DNA of 64,000 nt from sequence record OP557969.1; one strand, 5' to 3'. The notes below the pieces were generated by a model that saw nothing but the letters and a program-made list of their open reading frames with translations, was not told the DNA's origin and made no database searches. Each line of letters starts with the position of its first letter. The stretch's first letter is position 1. The stretch comes from Escherichia phage ph0011. Both the position numbers and the translations under genes were made by a program. This document shows positions 55,359-63,753 of the stretch, in pieces.

Positions 55359-55772
55359 ATGAAACTGTATCATGCGAGTACTGTAAAAATTGATAACTTT
55401 TATATCCCGTATGGTGGCCTTCATATGGGAGGTAAACACAGTGCACTTGAAGCTGCATTACGCAAGCTAAGAAGCCCACTGAACGTTGTTGCCGCTGATA
55501 CAGTATACTTGCATACTTTAGAAGTTGATGTTGACAACGTGCTTCTATGGGAGGATTTGGGTAGTGATGATGAGTGGCGTTCACTAATTGAACATTGTAA
55601 TTCTAAAGGTTACGATGCTGTTCAATACACAAATGAATACGAGCCGGATAATGTTCCTAGTTATATGATTTGGGATACGTCTAAGGTTCGCATTGTCGAA
55701 GTTGATGCTATGCATATGGATGATGCAGAAATGATCATCGAAGATTTCCTTGATGAATATGAAGGTGTATAA
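55359..55772 (+). CDS. hypothetical protein (137 aa), not FamB/FamC
   Basis: RBS TAGGAATGAATT; distinct composition (LYHAS, GLHMGGKH); no confident family. Confidence 0.55.
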   Translation: MKLYHASTVKIDNFYIPYGGLHMGGKHSALEAALRKLRSPLNVVAADTVYLHTLEVDVDNVLLWEDLGSDDEWRSLIEHCNSKGYDAVQYTNEYEPDNVPSYMIWDTSKVRIVEVDAMHMDDAEMIIEDFLDEYEGV

Positions 55773-56290
55773 TGATTGAACCTATGACAGTACTAGCACG
55801 TACTAAATTATTATTGAAGATTGGTGAGATATTAACTGATATTTTGTACAGTGAGATTGATATACATGAATTATGCATTATACAACCATGGGAATTAACC
55901 AAATTCTCTGCGTTCTATCGTTTATCATATAAAGGGGAAACAGTTCTGGACTGGAACCCCAAAGCCAGATTTATGGAGTATGCAGCTTTATATGGAACAT
56001 GTGGTGGAATAACAAATGATTTTAAAGAAATTAAAACTCAAACAGCGTCACATGAATTTAATGATTTATTATATCCAGAATTTAAGTTAACAGAAGAATC
56101 ATTATTCCAGCACTCATTAATTTTAAAAGATCTTAATGATTTAGAGTACTACAAAGAATTAGTAGATATTTTTATGAATACACGACTTTCAAAAGATATT
56201 GTGATATTCTGGTATACAGAGCATGTTACGGAGGAATTGCTTACTGAATTTCTTCTAAATATGACAGCTATAAAGGAGAAGTTATGTTAG
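55772..56290 (+). CDS. FamC protein
   Basis: TEESLFQHSLILKD. Confidence 0.55.
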   Translation: MIEPMTVLARTKLLLKIGEILTDILYSEIDIHELCIIQPWELTKFSAFYRLSYKGETVLDWNPKARFMEYAALYGTCGGITNDFKEIKTQTASHEFNDLLYPEFKLTEESLFQHSLILKDLNDLEYYKELVDIFMNTRLSKDIVIFWYTEHVTEELLTEFLLNMTAIKEKLC

Positions 56291-56757
56291 ATATTTTAGG
56301 AAACATCGATACTGCAAATTATTTTATCCAAGACGCACTGTTTAATACACTACAAAAAGGTTTAGAAGTTCGTCACAATGTATACCAAGGTGATGGTTAT
56401 TTCGTTGATATTATTGAGGCACGAAAGAATACGTTTAATCTTAACGTTACGACGCTTGGAAGACAGAACATTGCACGAATTTTAGTAAGTAAAGATGAAA
56501 TTGTATTAAGATACAGTGCTAAGTTTATGCTGACTTACAAGAAAAAAACTGACATGTTCAGTACTAATTTATTTGATGAGCCATTTGACCTTGAAGATAT
56601 TGAAGCTACTTTCTTCACTCAAAGTACTATGGTAAAATACACTGATGTTCAATTTTCAGCAGACGTTATGTCTGAAACATTACAAATGATCAAGGTATTA
56701 TTTTATGCTTTTGAGCAATTTAGAGAAGAAAGAAATAAGGTTAACAACCACAGATGA
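56284..56757 (+). CDS. FamC-like protein
   Basis: IEATFFTQSTMVKY. Confidence 0.45.
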   Translation: MLDILGNIDTANYFIQDALFNTLQKGLEVRHNVYQGDGYFVDIIEARKNTFNLNVTTLGRQNIARILVSKDEIVLRYSAKFMLTYKKKTDMFSTNLFDEPFDLEDIEATFFTQSTMVKYTDVQFSADVMSETLQMIKVLFYAFEQFREERNKVNNHR

Positions 56758-57118
56758 ACTAATAGAGGCGATTACTAAGGATTCAAAATACCATAAAGGG
56801 ATTCGTCTATACTTTATAGATACTGGCTCAATGGAAGGTACATACATTTATGGCTCACAATCTTTGTCTTATGTTGTAATACCAAATAAAAATGTAAAAA
56901 TCTTTTTAGGTTCAAGTAAAAAAGCGTTCTTGACAGTTAATGACAACAGTGTTATTATGAATTCCTTGGGTCATGACAAGGTAGAAATTGATCTAAACAC
57001 ATTAGAAGAAATGGATTTTTTTCAGTACGAGTGTTTAGGCGTTGACTTACATGGTATCAGTAGTGATATGATAAAATCATTAATTAAATATTTCAAGGGT
57101 GTTTATAAATGTATCTAA
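56705..57118 (+). CDS. FamC-like protein
   Basis: LEEMDFFQYECLG; start uncertain (53-nt overlap with upstream ORF). Confidence 0.4.
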   Translation: MLLSNLEKKEIRLTTTDELIEAITKDSKYHKGIRLYFIDTGSMEGTYIYGSQSLSYVVIPNKNVKIFLGSSKKAFLTVNDNSVIMNSLGHDKVEIDLNTLEEMDFFQYECLGVDLHGISSDMIKSLIKYFKGVYKCI

Positions 57119-57606
57119 CAAAATCGATGAAAAATTCATTTGATAAGATCAAGAGTGTTCTTGGTGGTGAGCATATTACTAGTGTGACTCAAACGGCTGA
57201 CCAAATTCAATGCAGTTCAAATGATTATACTGTAATTCTAGGTTTACATAGTCTACGTTTGACAATAGTAAATAATATTGACAACACTGCAATTGTAATA
57301 ACACCATGCCATATCAAAAATGAAAATGGTGTATATCTTCATCATATGGGAACAGTATTTCATATTTTTAATACAAATGAAAATATTGTTAAAGAATACA
57401 ATACACTTAATATTGATTCAGGTGAATTATTTCAAATGAGCACGTTGTACTCATGTAATTTTACAGATACTTCACGTATTTTACCATTCTTCTTAGAAAT
57501 TATTAAGAAAATGGAAAATTTAAAACGTGAATACAATAAAGAAATGGTTCCTGAAGCTATATTAAATATTACTAATGCTATAGAGAAGTATAATTCAGTG
57601 ACTTAA
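57109..57606 (+). CDS. FamC protein
   Basis: DSGELFQMSTLYSC. Confidence 0.5.
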   Translation: MYLTKSMKNSFDKIKSVLGGEHITSVTQTADQIQCSSNDYTVILGLHSLRLTIVNNIDNTAIVITPCHIKNENGVYLHHMGTVFHIFNTNENIVKEYNTLNIDSGELFQMSTLYSCNFTDTSRILPFFLEIIKKMENLKREYNKEMVPEAILNITNAIEKYNSVT

Positions 57607-57648
57607 TAAAAACGCACATGGAGTGCATGAGAAGATCAAGGATAGATC

Positions 57649-58122
57649 ATGGAGATTAAAACCGTTGAAAATGGGGAAATTGATGACATTTTAGAGTTGG
57701 ATGCCTTCAAAGTTCATGATATAATGTTCAATGTGAAAGACATTATTCAATGTCTGTTTTTGTGCAGCAAGACTATGCATGACTTTTTTCACAACCCAAA
57801 TACAAATGTTTTTATACTAACAATCAGTACTGAAAGCTCGTTCATCATGGGTATGCCTATGAGTACGAATGAACAGTATATTGATTGTGTTATTCGCAAT
57901 AACGATAGTATTACACCTCAATCTGAAGTACGTAAAAAGAAAAACACTTACACAATCAAAGATGATAAAATTATGATGTGCTGTAGTAAGGGGTTTATAT
58001 TAGATAATTTTATTGTCAAAGATAGTTATCATGACTTTAAAGTTTCCGAAAACCAATCTAATGTAGTTCTTTATGCAAGTGACATAGAAAGTCTAACAGT
58101 AAAAGATCCCAGTTTGGAGTAA
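57649..58122 (+). CDS. hypothetical protein (157 aa)
   Basis: RBS AAGGATAGATC; no clear FQ motif. Confidence 0.5.
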   Translation: MEIKTVENGEIDDILELDAFKVHDIMFNVKDIIQCLFLCSKTMHDFFHNPNTNVFILTISTESSFIMGMPMSTNEQYIDCVIRNNDSITPQSEVRKKKNTYTIKDDKIMMCCSKGFILDNFIVKDSYHDFKVSENQSNVVLYASDIESLTVKDPSLE

Positions 58123-58124
58123 TT

Positions 58125-58256
58125 ATGTCGAAGAAAGTTAATAATTTCGTACAGAAACACATGAATGAGTTTAATAAACCTCAAACACATGTGGATCGTA
58201 AAAAAGAAATGAAAAATGGTAAAGTAAAACATAAGTCGAGATTTATTCTCGACTAA
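58125..58256 (+). CDS. basic micro-protein (about 43 aa)
   Basis: RBS GGAGTAATT; C-terminus runs into terminator hairpin; hand-read. Confidence 0.3.
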   Translation: MSKKVNNFVQKHMNEFNKPQTHVDRKKEMKNGKVKHKSRFILD

Positions 58257-58262
58257 TTTTTT
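58235..58262 (+). terminator. rho-independent terminator
   Basis: GTCGAGA-tttat-TCTCGAC then TAATTTTTT. Confidence 0.55.
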
Positions 58263-58285
58263 GTCCAAATTTATGGAGATTGTAT

Positions 58286-59134
58286 ATGTTAGATAGTACA
58301 GAATTTCGCAACTTCAAAAAGTATTCAGTACTTGAACATATCAACGAATTTCTGAATTCTCCAACACCATTTGGTATCAGTACATCAGATTCATACGATG
58401 GATATAGAATCTTCACATGTAATGACTTTCAAATTTCTGTCAAAAAAGGTACTTCAAAAGAAGTTGCAATTCGTGATGTAGTACTGTATAGCGATTCTTC
58501 CATTTCTTACTGTCATGATGTGAACAATTTTGAATCTCTTTCAACACCTAATTGTTCATACTACAAATCCCATGACACGATGATGTATAAAGAACAACAT
58601 ATCAATGGCGTTTCGTTCTATAAAACTAGCAGTGATAAATCATATACATCTAGAGATGATTTTGGAAAATACACATGTACTATGTACACGGATAATGAAA
58701 AAACAAATTACACTCATTCATTCGAGTCCAAATTCAAAGAAAGTGAAGTTTCAAATATCACTATACAAGAACAGGTATCAGAAGGCATTGTTTATCGTAG
58801 CACTGCATTCTTTCGCATGAAAGATATTGAATCTGGTAGGCCAATGATGTATAATATTGATATATACATGCAAGGTGAAATATCTGAAGTAGTGATTAGT
58901 GTTGGATATCGTACTAGCTTCACATTTACGATAAACTCACCAGATGCATCATTGGTACACCTCTTTGACAAATTGTATACATTCCAAGTTGAGTTTTGTC
59001 TCAATTCAAACGAATATCAAATATTCGATATATTAAAAAGTAATATCATTAATAAATTAGAATATTACTATAAGTTGGGTGGGAAGATGAGTATAGTTAA
59101 TACAATGATACATAATATAAAAGAAACATTATAA
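58286..59134 (+). CDS. hypothetical protein (about 283 aa)
   Basis: Start at first ATG after RBS GGAGATTGTAT (track ORF begins at a TTG). Confidence 0.6.
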   Translation: MLDSTEFRNFKKYSVLEHINEFLNSPTPFGISTSDSYDGYRIFTCNDFQISVKKGTSKEVAIRDVVLYSDSSISYCHDVNNFESLSTPNCSYYKSHDTMMYKEQHINGVSFYKTSSDKSYTSRDDFGKYTCTMYTDNEKTNYTHSFESKFKESEVSNITIQEQVSEGIVYRSTAFFRMKDIESGRPMMYNIDIYMQGEISEVVISVGYRTSFTFTINSPDASLVHLFDKLYTFQVEFCLNSNEYQIFDILKSNIINKLEYYYKLGGKMSIVNTMIHNIKETL

Positions 59135-59150
59135 ATCTGGAGGATTTGGT

Positions 59151-59444
59151 ATGGATACTAAATTCAAAATTATTTTTAAAACGAAGCCGTATATACCATA
59201 TACTGCCGAACGTTTTATACCACCTGGTGCAGAGGAAATTATTCACCAAGATGGTACAAAGTTATATCTAGTTCCATGTTCATATGAACGTGCAGTAGAA
59301 ATGCTACTCATGAATTCTAAACTATGCACAAATAAGTATATTAGTTACCTATATAATGAACATATCTTAGAGTTCAATGATGAAAATATGTTTATTCTTG
59401 CAATTGAAGATTTTAATAAATGGTTTGAATTTATTAAAGTCTAA
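59151..59444 (+). CDS. hypothetical protein (97 aa)
   Basis: RBS CTGGAGGATTTGGT. Confidence 0.6.
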   Translation: MDTKFKIIFKTKPYIPYTAERFIPPGAEEIIHQDGTKLYLVPCSYERAVEMLLMNSKLCTNKYISYLYNEHILEFNDENMFILAIEDFNKWFEFIKV

Positions 59445-59455
59445 TGAAAAAAATA

Positions 59456-59500
59456 ATGTGGACAAATTAAATCCCTGTGATATAATGTTCGCATCTTTTT
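59456..59500 (+). promoter_or_regulatory. sigma70-type promoter
   Basis: TGGACA, about 16-bp spacer, TATAAT with TG upstream of -10. Confidence 0.5.
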
Positions 59501-59516
59501 GATAACGGAGATATAG

Positions 59517-59903
59517 ATGAATACAAGTTCAATCCTAAAAGCAATTGGTGGTGTTTTACTCATTGAGGTGAAAGGTGAACCAAAACTATGCTGTTTAGAA
59601 GATATGAAGAACACAAAACACTTCAGTACTGGTCAGATTTTCAATGCAATTCGCGTTCTGAATGACAAATCCATTGCTGATTATGGTAAAGTTTGGCCTG
59701 TATATCAAAATTCTGATGGTGAGATCAGTTCTGATTGGAAAACAATTGAAGAAGTTCGACAAAATTGTGATTGTGATTGGGACTTTATCGTTGAAGTATG
59801 TGACCAACTACAAGAAGATGTACCAGAAATCGTAGAACGAAAGGAAGTTCTGGCAAATCTAGAAAAATTCCGTAATGGAACACTCCAATACGACACAATC
59901 TAA
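59517..59903 (+). CDS. hypothetical protein (128 aa)
   Basis: RBS AACGGAGAT. Confidence 0.6.
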   Translation: MNTSSILKAIGGVLLIEVKGEPKLCCLEDMKNTKHFSTGQIFNAIRVLNDKSIADYGKVWPVYQNSDGEISSDWKTIEEVRQNCDCDWDFIVEVCDQLQEDVPEIVERKEVLANLEKFRNGTLQYDTI

Positions 59904-59952
59904 TCTGCTTATTTAAAAATAGCTAGTTAACATTATATAAAAGGAATTTAAA

Positions 59953-60258
59953 ATGGAAGACAATGGAATGAAATTTGATATGTTTGAGGGTGTGCCTGAG
60001 TTTGATTTTAACAAACTTGAAGAAGGTGAAGCCACTGAACTTGTCAGTGTTACGCTTAAAGCTGATACTAAAAAGAAATATTCACCATCAGTTCGTGCAC
60101 GCTCAAAAGAAGAATATGAAACATTTATTGAGAGTATTCATTATGAAACATTCTATCACAAAGATGGAACTCCATATGAAGTACGTGTAACAGTTCTGAA
60201 GCCTGAAGTAAACCCAATGGAAAATCTACGTCCTGTTTACTGCTGGGCAAGCCACTAA
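59953..60258 (+). CDS. hypothetical protein (101 aa)
   Basis: RBS AAAGGAATTT; terminator follows. Confidence 0.6.
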   Translation: MEDNGMKFDMFEGVPEFDFNKLEEGEATELVSVTLKADTKKKYSPSVRARSKEEYETFIESIHYETFYHKDGTPYEVRVTVLKPEVNPMENLRPVYCWASH

Positions 60259-60267
60259 TAAACCATA

Positions 60268-60298
60268 GGACGGGATATAATATCTCGTCCTTTTTTTT
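60268..60298 (+). terminator. rho-independent terminator
   Basis: GGACGGGA ... TCTCGTCC stem then TTTTTTTT. Confidence 0.65.
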
Positions 60299-60310
60299 GT
60301 CTGGAGATAT

Positions 60311-61159
60311 ATGAAACTTTATCTAATCGTTGACTACAGTAAGGGTTATTATGACTACGCAGAAGAATCTGAAGGGTATTGCTCGTCTACTAATGTCAAT
60401 GTACGCACCAGTAGTACACATGAGCATGAATCTATTACAAATCTAAAAGATTTTATTGCATATCGAGCATTTGAAAAGAATTTCTGTCGTAGTAGATATT
60501 CGAAGTTTGAGTACCCGTTAATTGATGTTCCTGATGAATTGATGTTCCAGTTAATGCTCACTGGAGTACAAGATTATGATTACATTGCGTACAATCACAT
60601 TACTAAGAAAATTTATATCGGTACGTCAACGCATGACATTTCTATGTATGCATCATGCCCCGATGATCGAATGAATGATAGAAAATCATACTATAGTGGT
60701 TCAGTTGGTTCAAATGTTCCATCAAATAAAAATTTATTCTTTGAGTACGAGTTTGATAATCATCGAGGGAAAACAGACCGAGAAGATTATTGTACTGAAA
60801 TTAATAGTTCAAATGGATATGAAGAAGTGAAAGAAGCAATAATGCCATATATCCTAGACAAGTACTACAAAGATTTTCAGTACTGTAGTAATTTTCTAAT
60901 CCGAAATTCTATCAAAATCGGTCGTCAAAGCACTGCATTCTCTAAGTACTACAATGATTCCCCTGTTGCTGAAAATGAATACTGTAATGTTCTCTCAATC
61001 CCACGTGAAGATATGGTATTCATGTTCACATCTTTCATTGAAGATGATGAGTTGTATGTAAAAAACAAGCACAGGTTCATGCTAAGTAATATTGAGGTTA
61101 TGAGAAGCTTAAGTGCAGATATATTAACGAATTTCACTGAAAAAACAGAATACAACTGA
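60311..61159 (+). CDS. hypothetical protein (282 aa), possible distant FamC relative
   Basis: RBS CTGGAGATAT; contains DVPDELMFQLMLTG resembling the FamC motif. Confidence 0.6.
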   Translation: MKLYLIVDYSKGYYDYAEESEGYCSSTNVNVRTSSTHEHESITNLKDFIAYRAFEKNFCRSRYSKFEYPLIDVPDELMFQLMLTGVQDYDYIAYNHITKKIYIGTSTHDISMYASCPDDRMNDRKSYYSGSVGSNVPSNKNLFFEYEFDNHRGKTDREDYCTEINSSNGYEEVKEAIMPYILDKYYKDFQYCSNFLIRNSIKIGRQSTAFSKYYNDSPVAENEYCNVLSIPREDMVFMFTSFIEDDELYVKNKHRFMLSNIEVMRSLSADILTNFTEKTEYN

Positions 61160-61189
61160 GACATACCATAAGTTTATGATATAATATAA

Positions 61190-61218
61190 GGTGACAGCAG
61201 AATATGTTGTCACCTTTT
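61190..61218 (+). terminator. rho-independent terminator
   Basis: GGTGACAG ... TGTCACC stem then TTTTTT. Confidence 0.7.
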
Positions 61219-61762
61219 TTAATCCTGAAAGGTTCCTTTAAAGGAAACGTTTAAAACCTAATCCACTCGAAAATGTAGAGGGTAGATGAGTAGTCCTTTC
61301 AGTACGAACAGCAGATGAAACCCGTTAGATGATGGCATAGTTTGAACCACTCACGGCAATGCGGCTGTATAAAGAACTCCAATAGGATAAAGAGAGTTCC
61401 TCGATAGACATATAAGGATCGCACCTTACCAATTATCTAAGGGAGATTTCATGAGAAATATGCGGTCGGAATTATACAATATAGTTGCGTCCAAATTTTG
61501 TGAAATCAAATACAAGTACTGGTCATATGGTATTTGTATTATGTGTTGGGATGTTTAAGACCAACGACCGTTGCTACAAGAACCGCGATAGAGAGAAACC
61601 GAGCAACCCGCTTTCGTCTCGTATGAGAATTCGTGATATGAACTATGTGAAGACCACCAGCGTCAAATTTTTTTGTTCTTTCCCCTGCGGGGGGATGAAA
61701 TATGCTCAAACAAACCTCGTCAATATTAATTAAAAGAATTATTATTACTTGTAGAATTTGAC

Positions 61763-62386
61763 ATGCGTAGCATGGATAATTCTACTGGTGTTGATGTAAT
61801 CAACATCACGTATATATTCATTGAAGTTTCCACAGGAATAATGATGGCATTTATTAAAAAACAAAAAACATTTACCTATAAGACTTTGGATTTTATTGAT
61901 TGCGAAAATCAAACACAGAATGAAGATAACTTTACTGGATTTGTTGTTATTAAAGAAAAAGGATGTATTTCGTATATCAAGGAATTACAAAATGGAATTG
62001 AAGTAACGTCGGTTAAATTACTTCCTACACAAAAGCCAACAATATCCAAAGCACAATATGGTAATTATTTTGAGGAAAGATATAGTAATAATTTAATAAG
62101 TGTTAAGGCTCATATTATAAAAGGAGAACTAGAAGGAGAATATAGAAAATTCAATCCACAAGGAAAATGTGTTTGGGTTAAATACTTCAATTCAGGAAAT
62201 GATGTAACATCTGAAATAATTGAGTTTTTAGGTTTAACATGTACCCCTGAAACTCTTCATGACTACAAATTTAATGCTGAAGAAGAGTTTAATCTGATGA
62301 TGCGTTATGGAACACATTTTAAATTTTTATATGAATATAACATTGACAGTGGTGTTTTTGATAGGATAGTACAAAACTGTCTTTAA
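61763..62386 (+). CDS. hypothetical protein (207 aa)
   Basis: Long ORF after promoter-like TTGACA; no clear RBS; no confident family. Confidence 0.45.
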   Translation: MRSMDNSTGVDVINITYIFIEVSTGIMMAFIKKQKTFTYKTLDFIDCENQTQNEDNFTGFVVIKEKGCISYIKELQNGIEVTSVKLLPTQKPTISKAQYGNYFEERYSNNLISVKAHIIKGELEGEYRKFNPQGKCVWVKYFNSGNDVTSEIIEFLGLTCTPETLHDYKFNAEEEFNLMMRYGTHFKFLYEYNIDSGVFDRIVQNCL

Positions 62387-62402
62387 CAAAAGGATTTATA
62401 AC

Positions 62403-62927
62403 ATGTCGAAGAAGGATACTTCGAAGAAAAAGCAATCAGTACATTTCAGTACTGGAAAAGATAACTGGACAACTCCAAAGGATTTCTTTGAAGAGTTGGA
62501 TGAGTTATGGGGATTCACACTTGATGCTGCTTGTGTTGATGAGACGGCATTATGTGAAAATTATTTTACACCAAATGACGATTCTCTATCACAGGATTGG
62601 GGAAAGAATATAGTTTGGTTAAACCCGCCATATAGTGATTTGAAAACATGGTTATCTAAAGCAGTAGATGCGTATAATAAAGGAGCAACAGTCGTAATTC
62701 TAGTTCCATCACGAACTGATACAATAGCCTTCCATGAATATGCTGCAAAAGTTTGTGATTGTATTTGTTTCATTAAAGGAAGATTACGATTTGGTATCCC
62801 AGAAGAACCAGAGAAGAAGACAGATTCAGCACCATTTCCTTCATGTCTTATAGTTCTTGATAATTACTTAACTACTGCTAAAATAAATTATCTTAAATCT
62901 ATTGGGTTGGTAATGAAGAAACTATGA
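62403..62927 (+). CDS. phage Dam-type DNA N6-adenine methyltransferase
   Basis: N-terminal W-x-TP...F..L......FTLDAA and catalytic NPPY motif, as in phage Dam-family MTases; RBS AAAGGA. Confidence 0.75.
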   Translation: MSKKDTSKKKQSVHFSTGKDNWTTPKDFFEELDELWGFTLDAACVDETALCENYFTPNDDSLSQDWGKNIVWLNPPYSDLKTWLSKAVDAYNKGATVVILVPSRTDTIAFHEYAAKVCDCICFIKGRLRFGIPEEPEKKTDSAPFPSCLIVLDNYLTTAKINYLKSIGLVMKKL

Positions 62928-63457
62928 AAGAAACATGTATTTTATCATTTATGAGATGTAACCCTGTACATAATGGACATGGTTTAGTTTTTGAAAAGGC
63001 CAAAACATTACAAGAACAGTACAATGCTGATTTGAAAATATATCTAAGTACCAGTACTGACAATATAAAAAACCAACTCCCACCTGAACTAAAAATGTAT
63101 TATACAGAGGGATTTTATCCTTCAGTACAAGAGAACATCTACACCGAAGACAATCTATTTGATATAATGAGAGAACTGGATGGAAAATACTTAGATGTAT
63201 TTTTCATATGTGGTTCAGACCGTATTGAATCTTTTCAGAAAACTCTTGACAGTTACAATGGGAAATTATATAATTTTTGTAATATAAAAGCAATTCAAGC
63301 AGGTATTGATCGCCAATCAAGTCAATATAGTTCAACACAAATGCGTAACTTCGCAAAAAATGAAGATTTTGATAATTTTCGAGAATTTTTACCAGGTAAT
63401 GATGAGGACTTAAAAATTCAATTATTTGAAGATGTTATCAAATACATGAGGAAATAA
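62924..63457 (+). CDS. HxGH-motif nucleotidyltransferase (NMNAT/NadD- or PPAT-like)
   Basis: N-terminal CNPVHNGH (H-x-G-H) and later SSTQMR (ISSTxxR-like); ATGA overlap with MTase. Confidence 0.6.
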   Translation: MKETCILSFMRCNPVHNGHGLVFEKAKTLQEQYNADLKIYLSTSTDNIKNQLPPELKMYYTEGFYPSVQENIYTEDNLFDIMRELDGKYLDVFFICGSDRIESFQKTLDSYNGKLYNFCNIKAIQAGIDRQSSQYSSTQMRNFAKNEDFDNFREFLPGNDEDLKIQLFEDVIKYMRK

Positions 63458-63459
63458 CT

Positions 63460-63753
63460 ATGACAGTACTGTTCAAAACTAATCCAGTTCTTTGGGAACA
63501 AAATGAGCAAGCAGGATTCCGTTCTATCCATGTTGAATACAAGGGTAACACGGTAGTTGCAATTATTGCTAATAAAACTTTAGGAAAATGGACTGCACAA
63601 GTTGTTCCTATGGGATATTCTTATACATCTGATGAGGTAGAATTTTTGGCTGATCTTTATCGTCAAATGCCTTTTATCATTAATGTTCTAGAACAAAGTG
63701 ATACATTAACACATGAAGATGTAATCAACTTTCTTGGAAACTTACATGTGTGA
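63460..63753 (+). CDS. hypothetical protein (97 aa)
   Basis: ORF 2 nt after upstream stop. Confidence 0.5.
   Translation: MTVLFKTNPVLWEQNEQAGFRSIHVEYKGNTVVAIIANKTLGKWTAQVVPMGYSYTSDEVEFLADLYRQMPFIINVLEQSDTLTHEDVINFLGNLHV

Noticed and set aside
24757-58122. CRISPR-like periodicity of the tandem arrays
   Set aside because: The repeating units are 200-600 bp protein-coding paralogs with divergent sequence, not short identical direct repeats separated by unique spacers.
30698-58122. FamC motif as a viral protease cleavage site (resemblance to TEV ENLYFQ/S, for example EEGYFQGS at 42761..43216)
   Set aside because: The residue after Gln is highly variable (E, Q, N, Y, L, M, H, R) rather than a small P1' residue, there is no protease gene in the window, and the motif sits in a conserved hydrophobic context more consistent with a structural core.
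34652-60190. Alternative-frame + strand ORFs nested inside array genes (34652..34843, 37525..37782, 40745..41038, 44323..44511, 47021..47251, 49378..49566, 58605..58820, 59975..60190)
   Set aside because: Fully embedded in longer ORFs that carry family motifs; products are low-complexity (Ile/Leu/Val-rich), typical of off-frame reads in AT-rich DNA.
61485-61733. 82-aa ORF in the region after 61159
   Set aside because: No RBS, odd Cys/Arg-rich composition, covers a GC-rich hairpin region; kept only as part of the unexplained non-coding finding.
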